A stretch of 64,000 nt of DNA from Erythrobacter sp. (GTDB lineage Bacteria; Pseudomonadota; Alphaproteobacteria; Sphingomonadales; Sphingomonadaceae), in assembly GCA_025698865.1 (NCBI GenBank), contig JAILWQ010000002.1:144385-208384 (forward strand), read 5' to 3'. Position numbers and translations under genes: made by a program. The notes beneath the pieces are model-generated. The model did not search any database. It had not been told where the DNA came from and saw only the letters and a program-made list of their open reading frames with translations. This document shows, piece after piece, positions 1 to 8,469 of the stretch. Numbering within the stretch: the stretch's first letter is position 1; each line of letters opens with the position of its first letter.

Positions 1-1293
1 GGCCTGCCGACGCTCGGCTTCCTGCCCGCGCTGCTCGCCCTCTCGCTCTATGCCCTGCTGCCGATCCTGCGCAATGCGGTGACCGCGCAGGCCAATCTCG
101 ACCCTAGCGTGATCGAGGCGGCGGACGGCGTCGGCATGACCGGATGGCAGAAGCTCCGGCTGGTCGAGGCGCCGCTCGCCGCGCCCTTCGTGATGGCCGG
201 GATCCGCACCGCGGCGGTGTGGACGATCGGCGCCGCGACGCTCGCCACCACGATCGGCCAGACGAGCCTCGGCGATCCGATCTTCGCCGGATTGCAGACG
301 CAGAACTGGGAGCTGGTGCTGGCCGGCTGCATCGCCAGCGCCGGGCTCGCGCTGATCGCCGACGGGCTTCTCGGCATGGTCGAGCGCGGTTTTCGCACAC
401 GGCGCCGGGTCCTCTGGCTGAGCGGCGTCGTGGCCGTGCTGCTGGGCGTAGGGGCCGCGCTGATCTCCACCTTCGCGGGCGCATCGGACGAGGACCGGGT
501 AGTGATCGGCGCCAAGACCTTTTCCGAGCAATACGTCCTTGCCCGCCTGATCGGCCAGCAGCTCGAGGCGGCAGGCTATGCCGTCGAATATCGCGACGGT
601 CTGGGATCGGCGGTGGCGCACAACGCCGTGACGAGCGGGGCGATCGACATCCTCGTCGATTACACCGGCACGGTCTGGGCCAACCAGATGAAGCGCAGCG
701 ACAATCCCGACCGCGACGCGATGCTGGCCGAGATATCCGCCTGGGAAGAGCGCACCAGCGGCGCCCGCGTGCTCGGCCGGCTCGGCTTCGAGAACGCCTA
801 CGGCCTCGCCGTCACGACCGAGCGCGCGCTCCGGGACGGTCTGACCACGATCGGCGATCTCGCGCGGCGCGCACCCGGTTTCACCATTGGTGGCGATCCG
901 GAGTTCTTCCAGCGGCCCGAATGGATCGCGGTGCGTGACGCCTATGGCCTGCGCTTCGGCGAGCTGCGCAATTTCTCGCCCACCTTCATGTACAACGCGC
1001 TGCGATCGGGCGAGGCGCAGGTGATCGGCGCCTACACCTCGGACGGGCGGATCGCGGCGGACAACCTCACGATCCTCGAGGACCCGGCAGGCGCCTTCCC
1101 CAATTACGACGCCATCCTGATCCTCTCGCCCGAGACCGGGCGCAATGCGGGGATCGCCGCCGCGCTCGAACCGCTGATCGACGCGATCGATGTCGAGGCA
1201 ATGCGCGAGGCCAATCTCGCCGTCGACCGCGAGACGGACAAGCGCACCCCGGCCCAGGCCGCGCGGGAGCTGGCCGCGCGGATCGGGCTCTAG
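1..1293 (+). CDS. Osmoprotectant (glycine betaine/choline) ABC transporter, fused permease + substrate-binding protein; 5' truncated by window edge
   Basis: Frame 1 is open from base 1 (GLPTLGFLPALLALSLYALLPILRNA...). EAA loop 'VIEAADGVGMTGWQKLRLVEAPLA' is followed by OpuAC/OsmF-type SBP motifs 'IGAKTFSEQYVL', 'DYTGT', 'FENAYGLAV'. Confidence 0.9.
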   Translation, partial: GLPTLGFLPALLALSLYALLPILRNAVTAQANLDPSVIEAADGVGMTGWQKLRLVEAPLAAPFVMAGIRTAAVWTIGAATLATTIGQTSLGDPIFAGLQTQNWELVLAGCIASAGLALIADGLLGMVERGFRTRRRVLWLSGVVAVLLGVGAALISTFAGASDEDRVVIGAKTFSEQYVLARLIGQQLEAAGYAVEYRDGLGSAVAHNAVTSGAIDILVDYTGTVWANQMKRSDNPDRDAMLAEISAWEERTSGARVLGRLGFENAYGLAVTTERALRDGLTTIGDLARRAPGFTIGGDPEFFQRPEWIAVRDAYGLRFGELRNFSPTFMYNALRSGEAQVIGAYTSDGRIAADNLTILEDPAGAFPNYDAILILSPETGRNAGIAAALEPLIDAIDVEAMREANLAVDRETDKRTPAQAARELAARIGL

Positions 1294-1299
1294 CTCGCC

Positions 1300-1719
1300 T
1301 TAATTCGCGCGGGTCCAGTTCTGCGTGCGGCAGATCGGGCCGAGGCAGCCCTTCACCTCGAGCCGCGAAGCGCTCTGGCGCCGCACGACCGAGCGGTAGT
1401 CCTTGCCGCTCTTGGGATCGTAGATCCGCCCGCGCCACAGATCGCCGTCCTCGGCGAAGGAAAACAGCACGGGCAGCCCCATCAGCTTGCGCGAGCGCTT
1501 GGCCGGATCGGGATTTCGCGTGTCGCGCTGATCCACGCCCTGCGGCGGGGGAACACGGAATTTCGAGATTCGCCCGCAATAGGACGATCCGCATTTGGCG
1601 ATGGTGACGACCGCATCCTTGTCCTCGGTCATCCAGCGGCCGGTGATCGGCTCGGCGGCAAAGGCCGGACTGCTCGTGGCGAATGCCAGCATGGTGGCCA
1701 AAATTGCTGATGTCTTCAT
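1300..1719 (-). CDS. DUF2147-family secreted protein
   Basis: ATG at 1719 with GGGGAG SD; signal peptide MKTSAILATMLAFATSSPAFAA; family motifs 'GRWMTED', 'D..NPDP..R.R.L.G', 'W.GRIYDPKSGK.Y', 'LEVKGCLG'. Confidence 0.85.
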   Translation of the reverse strand: MKTSAILATMLAFATSSPAFAAEPITGRWMTEDKDAVVTIAKCGSSYCGRISKFRVPPPQGVDQRDTRNPDPAKRSRKLMGLPVLFSFAEDGDLWRGRIYDPKSGKDYRSVVRRQSASRLEVKGCLGPICRTQNWTRAN

Positions 1720-1745
1720 TTCGTCTCCCCTGATGTGATCCGGTT

Positions 1746-2825
1746 CTAGTCCGGCTTTTCTGAACCCTGCGCGACGGCCCCGTGCGCGGGCAGGCCCGCC
1801 CCATGGGGCCAGCCTCCTCCGGTCAGCGCCAGCACCTTGAACAGCTCGCCCATCGCGCCAGGCGCGGTGAGGCGGCGGAGTGCGGCGTCGGTCTCCTTCG
1901 CGCGGGCCGGCGCTGCGGCGGCGAGAGCGCGGGCGCGAGTCTCGATGCCGAGCGCGGCGAGAAACTGCCCCTGCGTCCCCGACTGCGCCGCCACGCCGTG
2001 CGTGTGGGCAATGGTGGCGAGCGTCGCGAAATCGACATGGGCGGTAAGGTCGGCCTCGCCCGGATGGTCGAGCGCATCGACCTTCGCGTGGCCCTTCACC
2101 GCCTGCAGGGTCGAGCCCGTGCGGCCCGCGAGATGCCCGTAATCGATGAACAGCGCCGCGCCGCCCTGCGCGGCGAGGCGCGCGGCGACCTCGCCCATGA
2201 CGGTCGCTGCCGCGGGCGAGGTCTCGATCACCGTGCCGGGCGGCTGATCCGCGAGATCGGCGGGCACGGCTTCCTCCATCGGCTGATCGCCCGCGACGAA
2301 GGCCAGCCGGTCGTCGACCAGCCCGACCATCCGCTCGCGCCAGCCTTTTTCTACGCGCACGAGCTGGCGGACCGGCAGGGCGTCGAGAAACTCGTTCGCC
2401 ACCAGCAGCATCGGCACGTCGCCCGGCAGGTCCGCCAGATCGTCGTGAAAGGTAGCGCCCGGCACACGGCTGCGCTGGATTTCGCGCAGCGCGGGCGAGC
2501 CTTCGACGAAATGCACCTGCGGCGAGAGCCCCTGGCGGTTCATCGCGCGCAGGGCGTCGATCGCCAAAGTTCCGCGTCCCGGCCCCAGCTCGACATAGGC
2601 GACGTTCTGCGGATGGCCCGCGCGGTGCCACAGATCCGCACACCACAGCCCGATCATCTCGCCGAACATCTGGCTGATGTCCGGCGCGGTCACGAAATCG
2701 CCCGTCGCGCCGAGCGGATCGCGGGCGGAGTAATAGAGCGCGTTGCTCTCCCCCATGAAGCGCGCGACCGGCATGGGCCCGTGCGCTTCGATCAGGCGGC
2801 GGAACCGTCGCGCAAGATCGGTCAT
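1746..2825 (-). CDS. SAM-dependent methyltransferase, MidA/NDUFAF7 family
   Basis: Motifs 'YY...PLGATGDFVTAPDISQMFGE', 'VELGPGRGTL', 'ANEFLDALP', 'DYG', 'DLTAHVDF'; lies downstream of lgt as is usual in alphaproteobacteria. Confidence 0.9.
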   Translation of the reverse strand: MTDLARRFRRLIEAHGPMPVARFMGESNALYYSARDPLGATGDFVTAPDISQMFGEMIGLWCADLWHRAGHPQNVAYVELGPGRGTLAIDALRAMNRQGLSPQVHFVEGSPALREIQRSRVPGATFHDDLADLPGDVPMLLVANEFLDALPVRQLVRVEKGWRERMVGLVDDRLAFVAGDQPMEEAVPADLADQPPGTVIETSPAAATVMGEVAARLAAQGGAALFIDYGHLAGRTGSTLQAVKGHAKVDALDHPGEADLTAHVDFATLATIAHTHGVAAQSGTQGQFLAALGIETRARALAAAAPARAKETDAALRRLTAPGAMGELFKVLALTGGGWPHGAGLPAHGAVAQGSEKPD

Positions 2826-2835
2826 CGCGGCGCGG

Positions 2836-3744
2836 TCATGCGGTAAGGGATGCCTTGCCCCCGGTCGCCGGACGGCGTGTGAGACTGTAGGCGATCACCG
2901 CGAGGCCGAGCGCGATCATCGGGATGGTCAGCCACTGCCCGCGCGACAGGCCCGTCTCGGTCACGACATAGGCGAGATGGGCGTCAGGCTCGCGGAAGAA
3001 CTCGTTGACAAAGCGCGCCGCCGCGATGCCGGTGGTGAACACGCCAACCAGCAGACCCGGGCGGTAGCGCGCGCGGGTGTACCAGAACAGCGGCAGAAGG
3101 ATCGCGATCATCAGCCCGCCTTCGAGCGCGGCCTGGTAAAGCTGGCTCGGATGGCGGGCGAGCTGGAGCGGATCGGAGGGAAAGACCATCGCCCAGACGA
3201 CATCGGTCGGCCGCCCGTAAAGCTCGCCATTGACGAAGTTCGCCAGCCGCCCGAACAGCATTCCGAACGGCACGTTGACCGCGATGTAGTCGCACACGCG
3301 CAGCCAGTTGAGCCCGCCCTGCCGGCTGACCCAGGCGATCGCGGCGAGGACGCCGAGCACGCCGCCGTGAAAGCTCATGCCTCCGTCCCACAGGCGCAGC
3401 AGGGCCCAGGGCATCGGGCCGCCATGGCTGAAATCGGTGAACAGTTCGGGCCGGTAGAACAGCGCGTAGCCCAGCCGCCCGCCCAGAATGATGCCGAGCG
3501 TGCAGTAGAAGAACAGGTCGTCCGCATGGCGCTGCGCCATCGGGCTGCCGGGTGCCTTCACCATCTTCGACAGGTGCCAGTATCCCAGCAGGATCCCCGC
3601 GAGATAGGCCAGCGAGTACCAGCGCAGGGTGAAGAAGCCGAGATCGATGCCCGGCGTCAGGCCCAGCTGCGCCCACTGGATCGGTGCGTCCTGAACCGAT
3701 GCGGGTGCCGCGGCTGCGAGCGTGGCGGCGAGTAGTGACAGCAC
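2836..3744 (-). CDS. lgt: Prolipoprotein diacylglyceryl transferase
   Basis: Motifs 'LRWYSLAY', 'ILGGRLGY', 'LWDGGMSFHGG', 'GRLANFVNGELYGR', 'RHPSQLY'. Confidence 0.97.
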   Translation of the reverse strand: MLSLLAATLAAAAPASVQDAPIQWAQLGLTPGIDLGFFTLRWYSLAYLAGILLGYWHLSKMVKAPGSPMAQRHADDLFFYCTLGIILGGRLGYALFYRPELFTDFSHGGPMPWALLRLWDGGMSFHGGVLGVLAAIAWVSRQGGLNWLRVCDYIAVNVPFGMLFGRLANFVNGELYGRPTDVVWAMVFPSDPLQLARHPSQLYQAALEGGLMIAILLPLFWYTRARYRPGLLVGVFTTGIAAARFVNEFFREPDAHLAYVVTETGLSRGQWLTIPMIALGLAVIAYSLTRRPATGGKASLTA

Positions 3745-3916
3745 GGGGTTATCCTTTTAGAGACAGGTGGCGGTCCGCAACCGAGTTGGCGACGACACCA
3801 CGCGGGCCGCTTTTGGCATAGCAGGCGTTTTGGGGAAACCCTGCGATCACATGCCGGCCGCGAGGCGCGAGAATGCGCGCCCGCGGGTAACGTTAGAGAG
3901 AGGATGACAGACCCGT

Positions 3917-5608
3917 ATGCCGACTGAGCTCGACAAGACACTCGACGCGATCATGGACCAGCTGACCGCGCCCGGTGCCCCCGCCGAAACGGTTCCCTTC
4001 ACCCGCAACGGCGTCGAAATGCCGGTGCTCAAGAACGCACCGCCCAGCATGGCGCATTATTTCGCGCATTACTGCAACGAGCACAGGGAGGCCGAATTCC
4101 TGGTCGATCCGGCGCAGCGCCTGACCTTCGGCGAGACCTATGCCGCGGCGCGGCACGTCGCGGCCGGGCTGATCGCGAAGCACGGCATGAAGCGCGGCGA
4201 CCGGGTAGCGATCGGCGCGCGCAATTCGGCCAACTGGATCGTCGCCTATATGGGCATCCTGATGGGCGGCGGCTGCGCGACCCTGCTCAACGGGTTTTCC
4301 GCCGGAGACGAGCTGGCCGAACAGATCGACATGGTCGAATGCCGGCTGGTGCTGGCCGACCGCCAGCGGGCCGACCGGATCGAAGGCCATTCCCACGGCG
4401 CGAAGGTGGTCCTGATCGATCACGATGCGCCGCCTGCCCAGGGTCTCGCCGAAATCTGGGGCGATCCCGCGTCCGTCGAACTGCCCGAACTCGGGCCGGA
4501 CGATCATGCCACGCTGCTCTACACCTCGGGCTCCACCGGCCGGTCCAAGGGCGCCTATTCGGACCATCGCGGCGTCGTCCACGGCTCGATGAGCTACGCG
4601 CTGCAATCGCTGATGGCCTTCACCTATCTCGGCTCCACCGGCGATGCGCCGACCAGCCAGGCCTGCGCGCTTCTGGCGGTGCCGCTGTTCCACGTCACCG
4701 GCGAAGTGCCACTGTTCCTCCAGAGCTTCGCGCTCGGCCGCAAGATCGTGCTGATGGCCAAGTGGGATGCGGGCGAGGCGCTGCGCCTGATCCAGGACGA
4801 GAAGGTCAGCTATTTCGCCGGGGTCCCGCTGATGACCTACGAGATGGCGACCCATCCCGAGCGCGACCGCTACGACGTCTCGACCTGCTCCGGCTTCGCC
4901 GCCGGCGGCGCGCCGCGCCCGGTCGAGCACGTGACCAAGATCAAGGAAGCCTTCCCCGCCGGCAACCCGCTGCTCGGCTATGGCCTGACCGAGACGAACG
5001 GCGTCGGCTGCGGCAACTTCAACGAGAATTACCTCGCCAAGCCCGCCAGCACCGGCAAGCCGAGCCGCCCGCTGGTCGATCTTGCCATCCTCGACGATGA
5101 CGGCAACCGGCTGGCCCAGGGCGAGGTCGGCGAGGTCTGCCTGCGCTCGGTCTGCAATTTCGTCGGCTACTGGAACAACGAGGAAGCGACGAAGGCCGCC
5201 TTCACCGACGACATGTATTTCCGCACCGGCGATCTCGGCCGGCTCGACGAGGACGGCTATCTCTTCATCGTCGACCGTAAGAAGGACATCATCATTCGCG
5301 GCGGCGAGAACATCGCCTGCATCGAGGTGGAGGATGCGATCTACGCCCATCCCGATGTCGCCGAATGCTCGGTCTTCGGGCTGCCGGACAAGCGCTATGG
5401 CGAGATCCCCGCCGCGGTGTTCCTGACGCACGAAGGCAAATCGCTGAGCGCCGACGAACTGCGCGATTTCCTCGAGGGGCGGATCGCCTCCTTCAAGGTG
5501 CCGGCCGTCTTCTGGCAGGCGACCGAACAGCTCCCGCGCCTGGGCACGCAGAAGGTCGACAAGCGCGCCGTTCGCGACAGCTACGCCCGGGAATACGCTG
5601 CGGCATGA
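3917..5608 (+). CDS. Class I adenylate-forming enzyme (long-chain acyl-CoA ligase-like)
   Basis: AMP-binding motif 'LLYTSGSTGRSKG', plus 'GYGLTE', 'FRTGDLG', 'DRKKDIIIRGGENI'. Confidence 0.92.
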   Translation: MPTELDKTLDAIMDQLTAPGAPAETVPFTRNGVEMPVLKNAPPSMAHYFAHYCNEHREAEFLVDPAQRLTFGETYAAARHVAAGLIAKHGMKRGDRVAIGARNSANWIVAYMGILMGGGCATLLNGFSAGDELAEQIDMVECRLVLADRQRADRIEGHSHGAKVVLIDHDAPPAQGLAEIWGDPASVELPELGPDDHATLLYTSGSTGRSKGAYSDHRGVVHGSMSYALQSLMAFTYLGSTGDAPTSQACALLAVPLFHVTGEVPLFLQSFALGRKIVLMAKWDAGEALRLIQDEKVSYFAGVPLMTYEMATHPERDRYDVSTCSGFAAGGAPRPVEHVTKIKEAFPAGNPLLGYGLTETNGVGCGNFNENYLAKPASTGKPSRPLVDLAILDDDGNRLAQGEVGEVCLRSVCNFVGYWNNEEATKAAFTDDMYFRTGDLGRLDEDGYLFIVDRKKDIIIRGGENIACIEVEDAIYAHPDVAECSVFGLPDKRYGEIPAAVFLTHEGKSLSADELRDFLEGRIASFKVPAVFWQATEQLPRLGTQKVDKRAVRDSYAREYAAA

Positions 5609-5630
5609 TCGCATTTCGGGCGCCCGCTTC

Positions 5631-8390
5631 GTGAGACTTCAGGCGCTTTCCGACCGGCGCGCGATCATCGAACGCCGGATCCTCGCCGCGCGGATCGGCG
5701 AACTGGCGAAGGGCGACGGTCCGGACGCTCGCCCCGCCATCGTCGCGGCGCTCAGGGACGCGCTCGAGAAGGGGCGCGTCGAGCTCGCCCGGCGGCTCGA
5801 GGAACAGCCGAGCGCCGGGCATTCGATCGCGGCGGGCCACGCCTACCTGATCGACCAGCTGGTGCGGGTGATCTACGATCACGCCACGCTGCACCTCTAC
5901 CCCGCCCCCAACCGCTCCAGTGCCGAGCGGATCGCGATCATGGCGGTGGGCGGATACGGAAGGGCCGAGATGGCGCCCTTCTCGGATGTCGACATCGCCT
6001 TCCTCACGCCCCAGCGCCACGCGCCCTGGTGCGAGCAGGTGATCGAGGCGATGCTCTATCTCCTGTGGGATCTCGGCCTCAAGGTCGGCCATTCCAGCCG
6101 CACGCTCGACGATGCCATCCGCATGGCGAAGGAAGACCTGACCGTGCGCACCGCGCTGCTCGAAGGGCGCTATGTCTGGGGCGATCAGGCGCTCTATGAC
6201 GAAGGCGCGCGCCGCTATCGCGCCGAAGTCGTGATGGGGACCGAGCGGCAGTTCCTCCGCGAGAAGCTGGAGGAGCGCAACGCCCGCCACAAGCGCATGG
6301 GGGACAGCCGCTATGTCGTCGAACCCAACATCAAGGACGGCAAGGGCGGCCTGCGCGATCTCCAGACGCTCTATTGGATCGGCAAGTATATCCACCGGGT
6401 CGATGCCGCCGCCGAGCTGGTGACCGTGGGGCTGTTCACCGAATCCGAATATCGCCGGTTCCGCAATGCGGAGCGCTTCCTCCTCGCCGTGCGCGCCCAT
6501 CTCCACACCATCACCGGGCGGGCCGAGGACCGGCTGACCTTCGACTATCAGCGCCAGATCGCCGAACGGATGCGCTTCGCCGACCGCCCGGGCAAGAGCG
6601 CGGTCGAACGCTTCATGCAGTTCTATTTCCTCCAGGCGAAGCATGTCGGCAGCCTGACCGGCATCTTCCTGTCGCATATCGACGAGGAATTCGCGCAGAA
6701 GAGCCAGCGGGGCGGCTTCTTCGCTGGCTTCCGCGCCCGTCCGCGCAGCGTCGCCGGCTTCACCGTCCATGGCGGGAGGATCGCGGCCCCATCGGATGAC
6801 TGGTTCCGCAAGGACCCGGTGCGGCTGATCGAGCTGTTCCGCCTGGCCGAGGCCGAGGAGCTGGAAATCCATCCCCGAACCATGCGCCAGGCGCAGCGCG
6901 ACAGCGGGTTGATCGATCACGCCCTGCGCGAGGATGCGCGCGCCAATGCCCTGTTCCTCGACCTGCTGACCGGCCGCAACAATCCCGAAACCGTGCTGCG
7001 CTGGATGAACGAGGCCGGCGTGTTCGGCCGCTTCGTGCCCGATTTCGGCCGCGTCAACGCGCAGATGCAGTTCGACATGTACCATCACTACACGGTCGAC
7101 GAGCATACCATCCGGGCGATCGGCCTGCTCGCCCGGATCGAGAAGGGCGAGCTTGCTTCCGACCATCCCCGCGCGACCAGGCTGATCGGCGGACTGGCGA
7201 GCCGCCGCGCGCTCTATGTCGCCGTCCTGCTGCACGACATCGCCAAGGGGCGCGGCGGCGACCATTCCGAGCTGGGGGCGGAGGTCGCGCGCGAATTGTG
7301 TCCGCGCTTCGGCCTGACCGAGGCCGAGACCGAGCTGGTCGCCTGGCTGGTGCTCCACCATCTGCTGATGAGCTCGACCGCGCAGAAACGCGACCTTGCC
7401 GATCCCAAGACGATCGAGGATTTCGTCGCCGCGGTGCAGAGCATGGAGCGGCTGAAGAACCTCGCCATCCTGACCGCCGTCGACATCCGCGCCGTGGGGC
7501 CGGGCACATGGAACAGCTGGAAGGGCCAGCTGATCGGCAGCCTCTACGACCAGGCGCAGGAACGGCTCCGCCTCGGCCATATCCGGCATGGCCGCAAGGA
7601 ACGGGTCGCGGCGAAACAGGCCGAGGTGAAGGAGCGGATCGGCGAGCGGGCCGACCTCGTCGATCGCTATGCCCGCAGCATGGGCGACCCCTACTGGATC
7701 GCCGAGCCTGCCGACATCGCGGCGCGCAACATCGTCCATTACGCCGCCGCGCGCGAGGCGGGCGACAAGCTGTCGATCTTCGACCAGTATTACGAGGCGC
7801 GCGGGGCGACGCTGGTGACAGTGATCGCGAGCGATCATCCCGGCCTGTTCTACCGTATCGCCGGCGGCATTCATCTGGCCGGCGGCAACATCATCGACGC
7901 GCGCATCCACACCACGCGCGAGGGCTGGGCGATCGACAATTTCCTGGTGCAGGACCCGCAGGGCCGGCCGTTCCGCGAGCCGCAGCAGATCGAGCGGCTC
8001 GAACGTTCCATCGCCGACGCGCTCGCCAACCGGATCGACCTCGCCCCGCGCCTCGCCCAGCGGCCGCTGCCGCACGGGCGGTCCAAGGCGTTCGACGTGG
8101 ACCCGCGCGTCGTGTTCGACAATTCCGCCTCGAACCGCTTCACCGTGATCGAGGTCAACGCGCGCGACCGTTCGGCCCTGCTCAACCGTCTGGCGCGCGC
8201 CTTGTTCGAGGAGGGACTGGTGGTCAATTCGGCCCATGTCACCGCGTATGGCGAGCGCGCGGCGGACACTTTCTACGTCACCGACGTGACCGGCGCGAAG
8301 CTGACCGGGGAAGCACGCATGAAACGGCTCGAGGCGGCGCTGCTCGAGGCGGCAAGTGATGCATTGCAGGCACGTTTGGAAGACGCCTAA
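5631..8390 (+). CDS. glnD: [Protein-PII] uridylyltransferase / uridylyl-removing enzyme
   Basis: NTase motif 'AVGGYGRAEMAPFSDVD', 'EPNIKDGKGGLRDL', HD domain 'YHHYTVDEH...LLHDIAKG', two C-terminal ACT domains. Confidence 0.97.
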   Translation: MRLQALSDRRAIIERRILAARIGELAKGDGPDARPAIVAALRDALEKGRVELARRLEEQPSAGHSIAAGHAYLIDQLVRVIYDHATLHLYPAPNRSSAERIAIMAVGGYGRAEMAPFSDVDIAFLTPQRHAPWCEQVIEAMLYLLWDLGLKVGHSSRTLDDAIRMAKEDLTVRTALLEGRYVWGDQALYDEGARRYRAEVVMGTERQFLREKLEERNARHKRMGDSRYVVEPNIKDGKGGLRDLQTLYWIGKYIHRVDAAAELVTVGLFTESEYRRFRNAERFLLAVRAHLHTITGRAEDRLTFDYQRQIAERMRFADRPGKSAVERFMQFYFLQAKHVGSLTGIFLSHIDEEFAQKSQRGGFFAGFRARPRSVAGFTVHGGRIAAPSDDWFRKDPVRLIELFRLAEAEELEIHPRTMRQAQRDSGLIDHALREDARANALFLDLLTGRNNPETVLRWMNEAGVFGRFVPDFGRVNAQMQFDMYHHYTVDEHTIRAIGLLARIEKGELASDHPRATRLIGGLASRRALYVAVLLHDIAKGRGGDHSELGAEVARELCPRFGLTEAETELVAWLVLHHLLMSSTAQKRDLADPKTIEDFVAAVQSMERLKNLAILTAVDIRAVGPGTWNSWKGQLIGSLYDQAQERLRLGHIRHGRKERVAAKQAEVKERIGERADLVDRYARSMGDPYWIAEPADIAARNIVHYAAAREAGDKLSIFDQYYEARGATLVTVIASDHPGLFYRIAGGIHLAGGNIIDARIHTTREGWAIDNFLVQDPQGRPFREPQQIERLERSIADALANRIDLAPRLAQRPLPHGRSKAFDVDPRVVFDNSASNRFTVIEVNARDRSALLNRLARALFEEGLVVNSAHVTAYGERAADTFYVTDVTGAKLTGEARMKRLEAALLEAASDALQARLEDA

Positions 8391-8409
8391 CGGCTGTTCG
8401 ACGGTTCTG

Positions 8410-8426
8410 TGTTGCAACTTTGTTGC
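8410..8426 (+). promoter_or_regulatory. Tandem TGTTGC direct repeat (11-bp period) upstream of the TonB-dependent receptor
   Basis: TGTTGC at 8410-8415 and 8421-8426; overlaps the palindrome GTTGCAAC. Confidence 0.35.
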
Positions 8427-8469
8427 GTCCAGCTATGCGTTTGCCTGAGAGTTTGAGAGGAGAAAAATA

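Noticed and set aside
3803-3822. Sigma54 promoter (TGGCAT...) between lgt and the acyl-CoA ligase
   Set aside because: The -12 TTGC element is absent at the required spacing.
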